Shown piece after piece: positions 13,828 through 25,779 of a stretch of 64,000 nt of DNA. Origin of the DNA: Carcharhinus amblyrhynchos (taxonomy: Eukaryota); assembly GCA_965287045.1 (NCBI GenBank), contig OZ336883.1:80228001-80292000 (forward strand), written 5' to 3'. Within the stretch, counting starts at the first letter, position 1. Each line of letters begins with the position of its first letter. The notes under the pieces are model-generated. The model searched no databases, was not told the DNA's origin, and saw only the letters and a list, made by a program, of their open reading frames with translations. A program made the translations under genes and the position numbers.

Positions 13828-16800
13828 GGTTAGCTTAACTTCTGTTGCAGGGAAAATGCTTGAATCTATCATCAAGGAAGAAATAGCGAAACATCTGAAT
13901 ATAAATTGTCCCATTGGTAAGATTTATGAAGGGTAAGTCATGTTTGACTAATTTGGTGGAATTCTTTGAGAACATTACATGCGCAGTGGACAATAGGGAA
14001 CCTGTGGATGTGATGTGGATTTGAACAGAGGGGAGTACGGTAGGATGAGAGAAGAATTGGCGAATGTTGACTGGGGGAGCGCGTTGGAAGGTAGGTCTGC
14101 TGAGGAGCAGTGGAGGATCTTTAAGGAGATCTTTCTTGGTGCTCAGCAGAAATTTATTCCGATGGTCAAAAAGGACCGTAGGAGGAGAGGTAATAAGCCG
14201 TGGATAACGAAGGAGGTGAAGGAAAGTGTTAAATTAAAAGCGGAGGCGTTTAGAGTAGCTAAGAGTAGTGGGCGAGAAGAGGATTGGGAGAGGTTTAAAT
14301 GTCAACAAAGATTGACAAAGAAGTTGATAAAGAAGGGTAGGAGAAACTATGAAGCTGGGCTAGCGCTTAATATAAAAAAGGATAGCAAGAGTTTTTATAA
14401 ATATGTAAAAAGGAAGAGGCTGGCTAGGGTGAACGTTGGACCCTTAGAGGATGAGAAGGGGGACTTAGTGGTAGGGGATGGGGAAATGGCTGAGGTCTTG
14501 AATAACTTTTTTGTTTCGGCCTTCACGGAGGAGGACGTGAATAATTTGCCGGATGTTAGAGATGGAAAGGTGGTAGGACTGGAGGGTCTTAATGACATTA
14601 CTGTTACTAGAGAGATGGTGCTCGACAGACTGGAGGGGCTGATTGTGGACAAGTCCCCAGGACCGGATGGAATGCATCCGAGGGTTCTGAAAGAAACGGC
14701 GGAGGTGATAGTGGATGCTTTGGTGGTTATTTTCCAAACGTCGCTGGATTCCGGGGAAGTGCCGGAAGATTGGAAAACGGCTAATGTTACGCCGTTGTTT
14801 AAGAAGGGTGCCAGGCAAAAGGCGGGGAATTATAGGCCGGTTAGTTTAACGTCTGTTGTAGGTAAAATGTTAGAATCTGTCATCAAGTAGGAAATAGCGA
14901 GGCATCTTGAGGGGAATTGCTTGATAGAGCAGACGCAGCACGGTTTCGTTAAGGGGAAGTCGTGTCTGACAAATTTACTGGAGTTCTATGAGGATGTGCC
15001 TAGGGCGGTGGATAGAGGAGAGCCGGTGGATGTGGTCTTTCTTGATTTTCAGAAGGCGTTTGACAAGGTACCTCACAAGAGGTTATTGCAGAAGGTCAGG
15101 GGACATGGAGTTGGGGGTAGGGTGTTAGCATGGATAGAGGATTGGCTGTCAAATAGGAGGCAGAGAGTGGGGGTCAATGGGTGCTATTCGGATTGGCGGT
15201 TGGTGACTAGTGGAGTGCCCCAGGGGTCGGTGCTGGGGCCTCAGCTTTTTACGATTTATATAGATGATCTGGAGGAGGAAACCGAGTGTATGGTGTCGAA
15301 ATTTGCTGATGACACCAAGATTGGTGGAACGGCAAATTGCGCGGAGGGTGTGGAGAGTCTACAGAAGGATCTAGATAGGCTGGGCGAATGGGCCAGGAAA
15401 TGGCAAATGGAATTTAATGTTGGCAAGTGCGAGGTGGTCCACTTTGGTAGGAATAATGGTAGGAAGGACTATTACTTACGTGGCGAAAAACTGCAGCAGG
15501 CGACGGTGCAGAAGGACCTCGGGGTCCTTGTGCATGAGTCGCAAAAACCCAGCTTGCAGGTGCAGCAGGTGGTCAGGAAGGCGAATGGGATGCTGGCCTT
15601 CATCGCGAGGGGGATTGAATATAAAAGTAGGGAGGTCTTGCTGCGGCTGTATAGGATATTGGTGAGGCCGCAGCTGGAGTACTGTGTGCAGTTTTGGGCG
15701 CCGTACTTACGCAAGGATATTTTGGCCTTGGAGGGAGCGCAGAGGAGGTTTACTAGGCTGATGCCGGAGTTGAGGGGGTTGAGCTATGAGGAGAGGCTGA
15801 ATAAACTAGACTTGTACTCGTTAGAGTTTAGAAGAATGAGGGGAGATCTCATTGAGACATATAAGATGATGAATGGGATGGATAGGATAGAGGTGGAGAG
15901 ACTCTTCCCGCTCAGAAAGGACAGAAGGACTAGGGGGCACAGCCTCAAGATAAAGGGGGGGCGGTTTAGAACGGAGTTGAGGAAGAACTCCTTCACTCAA
16001 AGGGTGGTGAATCTCTGGAATTCTCTGCCCGTTGAAGTGGTGGAGGCTACCTCGCTAAATATTTTTAAGACGCGGGTTGATGGGTTTTTGATAAGAGAGG
16101 GGATTAAGGATTATGGGAAGAGGGCGGGAATGTGGAACTGAGCCACGACAGATCAGCCATGATCTTATTGAATGGTGAGGCAGGCTCGAAGGGCTAGATG
16201 GCCTACTCCTGCTCCTATTTCTTATGTTCTTATGTTCTTATATGTATCTGGATTTCCCCAGAAGGCATTTGACAAGGTGCCGCACCAAAGACTGCTACGT
16301 AAGATAAAGGTGCATAGAGGGTTTGTCAACTAACAGAAAGCAAAGAATGGGGATAAATGGGTGTTTTTCTGGTTGGCAATCAGTGACTAGTGGTGTACCT
16401 CAGGGATCAGTGTTGGGACTGCAATTGTTTATGATTTACATAGATGATTTGGAGTTGGGGACCAAGTGTAGTGTGTCAAAATTTGCAGATGACACTAAGA
16501 TGAGTGGCAGAGCAAAGTGTGCAGAGGACACTGAAATCTGCAAAGGGGTATAGGTAGTCTGAATGAGTGGGTGAGGGTCTGGCAGATGGAGCACAATGTT
16601 GGTAAATGTGAGGTCATCCATTTTGGTAGGAATAACAGCTAAATGGACTATTATTTAAATGGTAAAAAATTGCAGCATGCTGCTGAGCAGAGGGATCTGG
16701 GTGTCCTTGTGCAGAAATCTCAAGGAGTTGGTTTGTGGGTGCAGCAGGTAATCAAGAAGGTAAATGGAATTTTGTCCTTCATCACTAGAAGGATGGAGTT

Positions 16801-17397
16801 TAAAAACAGTGAGGTTATGTTGCAACTGTATAAGGTGCTGGTGAGGCCACACCTGGGGTATTGTGTACAGTTTTGGTCTCCTTACTTGAGAAAGGATATA
16901 CTGGCACTGAAGGGGGTGCAGAGGAGATTCACTAGGTTGATTCCGGAGTTGGCTCATAAGGAGAGACTGAGTAGACTGGGGCTATACTCAGTGGAATTCA
17001 GAAGAATGAAGGGAGATCTTATAGAAACATATAAGATGATGAAGGGAATAGATAAGACAGAAGCAGGAAAGTTGTTTCCACTGATTGGTGAAACTAGAAC
17101 TCGGGGGGCATGGCCTCAAAATAAGGGGGAGCAGATTTAGGACTGAGTTGAGGAGAAACTTCTTCACCCAAAGGGTTGTGAATCTGGAATTCCCTGCCCA
17201 GTGAAACAGTTAAGGCTACATCATTGAATATTTTTAAGGCAAGGATAGATAAATTTTTGAACAATAAGAGAATTAAGGTAAGTGGGCGGGTAAGTGGAGC
17301 TGAGTCCACGGAAAGATCAGCCGTGATCTTATTGAATAGTGGAGCAGGCTCGAGGGGCCAGATGGCCGACTCCTGCTCCTAGTTCTTATGTTTTTAT
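13828..17397 (+). mobile_element. Middle CR1 (5'-truncated ORF2 plus tail), split into 13828-14016 and 16242-17397
   Basis: VSLTSVAGKMLESIIKEEIA...EPVDVM resumes as YLDF.KAFDKVPH...GVPQGSVLG...FADD. Several frameshifts. Confidence 0.9.
14017..16241 (+). mobile_element. Young CR1 LINE, 5'-truncated, near-intact ORF2 reverse transcriptase
   Basis: ORFs 14015-14890 and 14921-16141 are in the same frame, split by one TAG. Motifs KSPGPDG, NYRPVSLTS, DFQKAFD, GVPQGSVLGP, FADD. (TTCTTATG)n tail. ATGT at both junctions. Confidence 0.95.
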
Positions 17398-18679
17398 ATT
17401 TTTCTCATCCCCATTCTCCTGCCTTTTCCCCATAACCCCTGATTCCCTTATTAATCAACAATGGTTGTGTCCACTTCCAGTCGACTTAAGTGGGCAGATA
17501 TGAATCATTGTATAAATTTCCCTAATTTGCAACTTGCATTGTGAAACACGCTTACCTTCTCATCACAGCCTGCCTCTGCTTTCAGGCTGAGTGGAGGGAC
17601 CTGAGTGACCCTCCACTGCTGAGAGGCTGTGCTGCCCTTTGACCACTCCTGAAACACTCCCGAGAGAATCCGATTGAGTGACACGTTTCCAGCTCAGCCT
17701 CTCTGATGGTGGGGATCAGAAGCTTACAGTGAAAATTCTGCTCATTTCTCCAGCCACTGCCACTTAATTTGTCAAGGTGAGATCTTTGACTTCTCCCATT
17801 CCCCCGTCCAGTGTTCCAACATCATATATTCACACTGTAAGAATTGCAGCCTCTATAAATGATAAAGTCTTGACTGCTATCTCTCCAGAGATAGACACAG
17901 AGACCATTAATGAAGAGAAAACTGATATTTTTCGATATGTTAGTCGCATCTACAAACCGCAGGGTAAAGGTTTTATTGTCTGAATTCTAAGTTTCTTTTC
18001 TTAAATGGTATATTTGCTAATTCTAGTCATCTATTTCCTAGTTAAAATAACAATACTAATTACCAGGCTAAGCATTTCCTACCTTGCCATGTAATTCTTC
18101 TTGCCACAGGTGGCAGAGAGGTTGAGAAGGTTTAACTCAAAACAGATTGAAACTGATCAGGAGAAACTGTAACAAAAGCCACTTGATGAAGATTGATTAC
18201 AAGCTTGGATCAGGCAAGTTAGCTGGAGAAACATAAGTTAATCTAGATTTACGAAAGGGACATTTGTAATAGTGGAAGAGCTGACGTGACAGCTTCAAGA
18301 AGTAGCTCTGATCAGGGATAAGAAGAAATAGACTGAATGGCATGTCTCAACTCTCATCAGTCACAGCCAGACCCCACAGTTCACATATTAAGGGAACACT
18401 ACTTAAAATAGACTGATTTTAACCAATAGTTTAAATCATAGGAATATCTAGATTATTGATTCCATATACAGCCAATCAGATAGAATAAAGACCAGGAATG
18501 GTGAGATCTCAGTGTTTTCTTGGAACCTACATGTAGCATAGGCACCAAATGGGAAGTGAGTGTAGGTTTATCAAATAACGCAAAATAATAACTGAGTGGA
18601 ATTTTACTGAGAACTTTGGGTGATGTTACCTGATTAACACTCTCAATCATCATTACTATTTAACCACGAGTAGGGGAAT

Positions 18680-19312
18680 ATAAAACTAGAGGGAATAGGT
18701 TTAAGGTGAGAGGGGAGAGATACAAAAGTATCCAGAGGGGCAGTTTTTTCACACAGAAGGTAGTGAGTGTCTGAAACAAGCTGCCAGAGGTTGTAGAATC
18801 ATAGAAACCTTACAGTACAGAAAGAGGCCATTTGGCCCATCGAGTCTGCACCAACCACAATCCCACCCAGGCCCTACCCCCAGATCCCCACATATTTTAC
18901 CCACTAATCCCTCTAACCTACAGGTTAATCTCAGGACACTAAGGGGCAATTTAAGCCTGGCCAATCAACCTAACCCACACACCTTTGGACTGTGGGACGA
19001 AACCGGAGCACCTGGAGGAAACCCACGCAGACATGAAGAGAATGTGCAAACTCCACACAGACAGTGATCCCAGCTAGGAATCGAACCCAGGTCCCTGGGG
19101 CTGTGAAGCAGCAGTGCTAAACACTGTGCTACCGTGCTGCCCTGGGGGAGGTGGGTACGATTTTGTCTTTTAAAAAGCATTTAGACAATTACATGGTTAA
19201 GAGTGGTATAGAGGGATATGGACAGTTAGGAGTAGCTTAATGGTAATGACTGGGTGGCATGGACAAGTTGGGCCAAAGGGCCTTTTTCCATCCTGTAAAC
19301 CTCTCTGACTCT
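18680..19312 (+). mobile_element. CR1 3' fragment interrupted by a V-SINE
   Basis: aaaactagagggaataggtttaaggtgagagggg...aacaagctgccagagg resumes after 19143 through the 3' tail. Confidence 0.75.
18794..19142 (-). mobile_element. Full-length V-SINE (HE1-like) with CR1-type tail
   Basis: Head gggcagcacggtagcacagtgtttagcactgctgcttcacag, B box ggttcgattcc, V core, tail ...ttctatgattcta. Confidence 0.9.
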
Positions 19313-20094
19313 GATAATGGTTACTTATTGTTGCCATGATGAAGCAAAATGGTCTGTAGCTGATGCAGCCACTGTGTTCACTGAAAAATGAAATTGTTTG
19401 TACTTACCAAACCTGTACTTGAAAACAAAATACTGCCCATTAATCCATCTGTTTTGTTAAAAAGAAGCCACCATATTTAACACGCTGAATTTCACAGAGT
19501 TAAGCAGCAGGGAGCACAATAAATCCTGAAGCCCAGTGGCCAGAGGTTTGTTGAAATTAAGACAAAATGAATAAACTGGAGTTAAGGCAGGATTGATACT
19601 GGGGAGGACTCAGTGTTGGCAGCAGAGAAAACCTTTGAGCATGTGGGGAATTGCCAACATGGTCCAACTGAGGAAAATAAATCAGATTTGGCAAGAATAT
19701 TAATCTCACAGCTACAGACTAAAGAGAAATTAAAACGTGTGCTTTTGTGAGGCGATTGCATGTTTTGGCTTTGTTCCGAACCAGCTGTGTTTAATGGGAT
19801 TCTTTTCTCTGCTTCTCTGGCAGGAGGCAGCGGGGATGGTTTGTAATGAAGGTAAGATTATTCTTCTGTGCAAAGACTAACCTGGATTAAGGGGAGGGAA
19901 ATGGAAGCCAGCAGAAACCCTGGAAACAAGTCAAGAGGACATCTATTTACTGGGGAGATAAATTCAAGTTTAACTCCAAAGAACAGAGAAATTAAATTCT
20001 GAGTACATCAAAACACCTGTCGGGGAAAATCTTTTATAAAATTGTTTGGAATAATCTACCAAGCATGGAAATAGAAATAAAGATGATGGGATTA

Positions 20095-20938
20095 AGTGGG
20101 ATAATGGCAATCTTAGTCAGATCATTGCTTGTTGTATATCATGCAAACTCATGAATGGGCCTAAGGCCAGTCCTGAAACATGCCCAGTCTACCTCAGATT
20201 ACTCTGGAAGCGCAAGGTTTCTCAAAAGGTTAAGCATCAGGTGAAGCTAGCTGTTTCACACTCTTAATGTGCAATCGCAACACAAGTGATATTTGCCACG
20301 AACAGAATGCTGTCGTCAGTCAAAAAGATGTTTTGCCCATCACACAAACAAGCAATGCGGTAAATGAATTCCATTGCTAGAGTGACGCTGGATATGTAGG
20401 CCACACATCCCAAAGACTGGTGGATCATATCAAACAACATAACCCTTCCACTGTTCGCAGTGGGCAAGGTACAAACTGGACTCAACCCAGCCCATGCTTG
20501 CAAAACTTAAAACATAGTGTCCAACATTGGATATGATTCCGAGATTGGACATCTCTGAATAATCCTCAGTGTGCTAAGATTTATACTGGAAGCTGACTTA
20601 TTAATGCACAGAGCCTGTCCTTTGCAGACAGACAGAACATGCACACAAAATAAGTGACAGTTATTCATTGGTTTATTCTTCAGGACAATGTCTTGACCAG
20701 AGTCAAGCTGCGTGATTTAAATTTCAAACAATGCTTGGCAGTTAACTGTCAGTCACTATCAACTGGTGCGTTATCCATTGCAATGTCTCTACCAATCAGA
20801 GGCCACTTATTAATAAATCAGCAGTCTCTTCTCATACAGTATAAGTTGTCAATCCATTCACATTTAGGGTTCTTGTGAATTGTCCTGATGAGTATATGAA
20901 GAAAAGCTTTGACACAAATGCCTGTTTTTTTAACAATA
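20095..20938 (+). mobile_element. Penelope-like element remnant (GIY-YIG endonuclease end plus terminal repeat)
   Basis: Degenerate translation CPVYLRL...KDVLPITQTSNAVNEFHC*SDAGYVGHTSQRLVDHIKQH resembles the PLE GIY-YIG domain. It ends in a hammerhead motif. Confidence 0.75.
20880..20915 (+). ncRNA. Minimal type I hammerhead ribozyme motif (degenerate stem II)
   Basis: TGTC-CTGATGA-gtatatgaa-GAAA-agct-TT-GACA. Stem I is TGTC/GACA. Confidence 0.6.
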
Positions 20939-21444
20939 CCGGTAAGTCACTGGTAGAAATTACAGCTTTTGAACACGGCGATGGGCCGTACTTATGGAGG
21001 TTCTTCAGTCCTTGGTTGTATGTTTATGAACACTTTTTTCCCAAATAGTCTCCGATTATCCAGTGACTCTCAGAGAGCAGGACCTCTGCTCCTTGGTCAC
21101 CTCAATCAGGAGAAGACCCAGTGGTGGCCACCTACCCCCTGGAACTGACAGGTTTTCCTCTCTGGTTCTCTGACTGGTGGGTGAGAGAATCCCTCCCCTC
21201 ATTTCTAAAATAACTCATTTAAATCTGGTTTAAATCTAATTTAAAGCTAAATGTATTCCACAACACTCTGCAAGAATAAAACTATTTTTCAAAGCCAGAC
21301 CTGTTTTTCAGTCATCACATTTAACAGATGATCATTTAAAATAAATAGTTATGGATGATTGAATGAGGAGTGAAGTTCCTACGGTAATAAGAGAGTGAGA
21401 AGGGCAAATCCTCAATCAGTTGAATTTACTGCTTGCCTGCCCTT

Positions 21445-21500
21445 GGGGCGGGGCGGGGGGTGGTGGGGGTGGGGGTGGGGGTGGGGGTGGGGGTGGGGGC
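21445..21500 (+). repeat. (GGGGGT)n microsatellite, G-quadruplex-prone
   Basis: Directly visible. Confidence 0.9.
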
Positions 21501-21654
21501 GGATGGGACTATGTATCCATAATGCTGCATATGGTGGAGTGAGAGACTTATCTCAGCTTCTGAGTTCTACCCCTACCCCTCCCACCCCTTCAGCTGTCTA
21601 ACTCTTGAAGCTTTGGACAGTTTCAGAAGAATTATGATCACAAAGAACTTTTGG

Positions 21655-22065
21655 TTATTTGGGCCTGTACTCATTGAAGTTTAGAAGGATGAAGTGGGAC
21701 CTTATTGAAACTTACAGGATACTGCGAGGCCCTGAATGGAGTGGATGTGGAGAGGATGTTTCCACTGGTAGGAAAAATGAGAACCCGAAGGCACAACCTC
21801 AGGCTAAAGGGACGCTCCTTTAAAACAGAGATGAGGAGGAATTTCTTCAGCCAGAGAGTGGGGAATGAGTGGAACTCTTTGCCGCAGAAGGCTATGGAGG
21901 CCGGGTCATTGTGTGTCTTTAAGATAGTGATGGATAGGTTCTTGATTAATAAGAGGATCAGGGGTTATGGGAGAATGGGGATGAGAAATATATCAGCCAT
22001 GATTGAATGGCAGAGCAGACTCGATGGGCCGAGTGGTCTAATTCTGCTCCTATGTCTTGTGGTTT
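21655..22065 (+). mobile_element. CR1 3' fragment
   Basis: VDVERMFPLVGKMRTRRHNLRLKGRSFKTEMRRNFFSQRV plus the 3' tail. Confidence 0.85.
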
Positions 22066-22514
22066 TATTCCTCAGAAACCCCTGCAAAATCCAGGCCACT
22101 AAATTCAAATAGAGATGGGGATAATGAGACAGCACCAAATTACTGCAAGTGTTTCAGGAAAGAGAGGTGAATAAACTGAGTGATTACTGGCCAGTCAGCT
22201 TCATGATGATGGTGGGAAAATGTTTAGAGAAAATATTTCCCAACAATATTCATATTGCATTTACAAAAATCTGGATTTGAGGTCAGCATGGGTTTGTTAA
22301 AGGCAAATTATGTTGGATTAACATGACTAGATATTTGATGAATCAAGAGATAATAAGGGTAGTGCTATTATCATGGAGATTGATTTTCAAAAGGCATTTA
22401 ACAAATTAATATATAATAGATTTGTTAGTGAGTTAAAGCTGTTGAATGAAAGTGACAGACACAGCTTGGAGCAATGATGACTACTGCAAGGCTGAAAGAA
22501 AGCATCCAATTATG

Positions 22515-22650
22515 TCCCAAAAACAGAAAAAGCTGGAAAATCTCAGCAGGTCTGACAACACCTGTGAAAGGAGAAAAGAGCCGACATTTCAAGTCTAGAC
22601 GACCCTTCATCAGAGCTGCAGATTGCAAAGTCTGCAGTATTTTGTTTTTA
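22515..22650 (-). mobile_element. Penelope-type terminal-repeat fragment with hammerhead motif (22578-22617)
   Basis: Minus strand AGCT-CTGATGA-aGGGTCgtctaGACTT-GAAA-tg-TC-GGCT. Confidence 0.65.
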
Positions 22651-22669
22651 TACAGTCATGTTCCCCCAG

Positions 22670-23333
22670 AGTGAGTAGGGTCATTGAGGTTTACAGCATG
22701 GAAACAGGCCCTTTGGCCCAACTTGTCCATGCTGCCCTTTCTTTTAAACCCCTAAACTAATCCCAATTGCCTGCATTTGGGCCATATCCCTCTATACCCA
22801 TCGTACCCATGTAACTGTCTAAATGTTTTTTAAAAGATAAAATTGTACCTGCCTCTACCACTACCTCTAGCAGCTTGTTCCAGACATTCACCACCCTCCC
22901 TCTGGACACTTTCATATCTCTCCCCTCTCACCTTAAACCTATACCCTGTAGTTTTAGACCCCCCTACCTTTGGGAAAAGATATTGACTATCTACCTTGTC
23001 CAAGCCCCTCATTATTTTGTAGACCTCTGTAAGGTCACTCCTCAGCCTCCTATGATCCAGAGAAAAAAGTCCCAGTCTGTTCAGCCTCTCCTAATAACTC
23101 AAACCATCAAGTCCCGGTAGCGTCCTAGTAAATCTTTTCTGCACTCTTTCTAGTTTAATAATATCCTTTCTATAATAGGGTGACCAGAACCGTACACAGT
23201 ATTCCAAGTGTGGCCTTACCAATGTCTTGTACAACTTCAACAAGACATCCCAACTCCAGTATTCAGTGCTCTGACCAATGAAACCAGGCATGCTGAATGC
23301 CTTCTTCATCACTCTTTCCAGCTGTGACTCCAC
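22670..23333 (-). mobile_element. CR1 3' fragment
   Basis: LYKTLVRPHLEYCVRFWSPYYRKDIIKLERVQKRFTR plus tail. Inserted within an older plus-strand CR1 remnant (~22100-23700). Confidence 0.88.
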
Positions 23334-24309
23334 TCTTTTAATAGGTTCACTGCTCTGATATGTATATTAGTGACTGGGATGTGGGTACATGAGCCATCAT
23401 TTCAAAGTTTGCAGGTTTAAGTAAAAGTTGGAAATGTTGCAAACAATGTGAAGCAAAGGAACAAGGGTAAAGAGAACTTAGACAGATTGGAGAGTTGGAC
23501 AGACATATGGCAGACGAAATTTGATGCAAAGATGCGTGAGCAGATATGCTTTTGCGAGGAAGAGTGAGGAGAGGTACTAACTCGGTGGATCCATTTTAAA
23601 ATGGGTCCAGGAAGAGAAAGACCTGGAGGTGTACGAACACACATTTCATGAAGATGGCAGGATATGCTGAAAAAAATGGGCTTCTTGGCTTTATTACCCC
23701 TGGCCCACAAACAATGCTGCAAAGACATTTCCCAAAGTTATTCTCAGCTTCCTTCAGCTATTGCATTTGTATTCCACTGTAAATCCTGCAAAGCATGAAC
23801 TTAGCTTCATGAACAGATCTAAACAACTGTGGCTATTCACTCCTTATCATACTTTCTTACAACTAGAAAATAAATGTGTTTGAGTTTCAGCTTTTAAAAA
23901 TGTTAATGTCTATTCTAACATTATGCTTGTTAAAATTCACCCCTACATTTTTCTCATTTGATTTTGATGTTCTTGAATTGCAGATGATAAATTTGCTTCT
24001 TTGATGCCAAGTTGTCTGTTTGTGAATGCTGCTCCATCACTATTACTACTGATGTCTTGAATGAATTAGGGTATCGTGGCGAGATCATTGCTGGAATAAT
24101 TGAGAAGCTTGGATTATGAAAGTGAGTTAAGGTGAACAAATCAAACAGGGCAGTTAGATATGTAGACCACCATGCTTTACAATTGGAGAGGTGTCTAGGA
24201 ACTTATACCTAAATGTCAGAGAGTTCAAAAGCTTGACTCTGACATTAATTTTCAACTTGTGGCCGAAGATATTTGAAGCCACTTGGACATGACGTTTCCT
24301 GAATAGACA

Positions 24310-25161
24310 CAGCTTGACAACATTTTAATTTATTCAAACTGTTTAAACAGAGGTCACATGGTATCAAGCAATTTTTAGTTAAAATGCTAAAGAAAGTAAC
24401 AGAATTTAACCTGACCAATCCTGTAAGAGACACCATCGCTAAGGCATTGAGGTTTACCAGAGCAGCTGACATTCTTACACAAAACAAATCTTCAAACACT
24501 GTACATCTTGAGTATTATTCTCATTACAGTTTGTTGCTGATAAGCTGTACATTTTGGACATGGTTATGCCAAAAGTTACATGAATATTTTTAAAATCCTC
24601 TGTTCTTTAGCTGAAAGTTGTTCACAGAACCAGCTGACATGGTACACTCTTCCAAGAGTTGATACAGTTGAATACTGAAAGAGGTCCAAACACTTTATAA
24701 AGCAAAATTTACAAATTAGTCGTCACCCCTGACCTGGGTTGCATTATAGATAGATGGAAATACTCACCAGCAAAGGCACACTGGAAAACCGTTTATGGAA
24801 TGATAAAAAATACAATCTGTTAACTTGCAGGTTATAGACTTAGTGCTTGTCATTAGCACAGAGTGTACAAGAACATAGTCGCCTACACACAAAAATAAAC
24901 GCACAATGCTGCTTAAAATGCAATAAGTGAACTTGTCAAAGTTGAAAGAATCTCCAGGGTATGTTATAGATTCAGTATTGGGACATGACAACTGGGGCTG
25001 AAACTGTTTCAGAATGGCAGTTACTTTGCAAGTTTGCAGTCATCAGTAGAAATTAGCAAGCATTGCTTCCTAGCTGTTGTTGGGCTGAAGTTGCCGGTAT
25101 TTGTTGTAGGTTCCTTCCACTTGCTGGTATGCTTCTTACAATACTCAAATCCTATTCCCTT
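24310..25161 (-). other. PRKD1: Putative PRKD1 3' UTR
   Basis: Repeat-free AU-rich stretch from the stop codon to the first minus-strand AATAAA I found. The end is inferred. Confidence 0.6.
24324..24334 (-). terminator. Putative polyadenylation signal (AATAAA overlapping ATTAAA)
   Basis: Minus strand reads AATAAATTAAA about 830 nt after the stop codon. Confidence 0.6.
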
Positions 25162-25380
25162 TCACAGAATGCTAACACGTTCACCCAAAGCTTTCATTTC
25201 TGTGTCCTCCATCTCAGCATTCACACTGCAGGTATTTTGATGGTTGACTAGATGTGTTGGATACTCCAAGCCATGCTGAGCAGCAAACTCCTGCCAGCGG
25301 GAATCATCGCTCTCGTGAGTGATATAGCGTTCTCCAAACTTGCACTCGAGCTCTCGTAGATCCAGCCATGTTTGGTAGTC
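25162..25380 (-). CDS. PRKD1: PRKD1 terminal coding exon with PDZ-binding tail
   Basis: [26 protein letters not shown]...[13 protein letters not shown]. This C-terminus is characteristic of PKD1 rather than PKD2 or PKD3. Acceptor is ttgaag after a pyrimidine tract. Confidence 0.96.
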   Translation of the reverse strand, partial: DYQTWLDLRELECKFGERYITHESDDSRWQEFAAQHGLEYPTHLVNHQNTCSVNAEMEDTEMKALGERVSIL

Positions 25381-25779
25381 CTTCAAAGCAAAGAAAGAAA
25401 CAATCCAGCTGTATGGCCAACATCTGGCGGTTTACAGATTTTACAAACTATTGATGACAGTGTTCGCAGTTATATCATTCTTGTTAATGCAACCACCTTC
25501 TGGGATTTTTGGACTTAGGTTCCACAGAAGGTTTTTGGAAAAAGTATATCTTTTTTAAAAGGACAGTCACACAATTTAAAGAAAACCCAAAATAAAAGAT
25601 GGTTCAAAAGCTAACTGAGTTTGGCAACTGATGCTGTTTTCCCAAGATGAAAAGAATAAGCAATTTGTTAACCTGTCTCAGTAATTGATAAACAAAGCAC
25701 ATCTATTGTGTAGGCAAGTCTTGGGCCCCGTGTTTAAAAAGCGTCCCTGACAGAGCGCAACCTCCCCGATTGTGAACAG

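Larger units (their letters stand above)
13759..17459 (-). mobile_element. Oldest CR1 3' tail, split into 13759-13829 and ~17398-17459
   Basis: taagaccataagacataggagcagaattagg...ttcaatcatgg resumes as atttttctcatccccattctcctgcc after the nested elements. Confidence 0.7.

Noticed and set aside
14015-16141. CR1 ORF2 as a domesticated host gene or programmed readthrough
   Set aside because: It is 5'-truncated, lacks the endonuclease domain, keeps the LINE tail, and the TAG is explained by a single base change from GAG.
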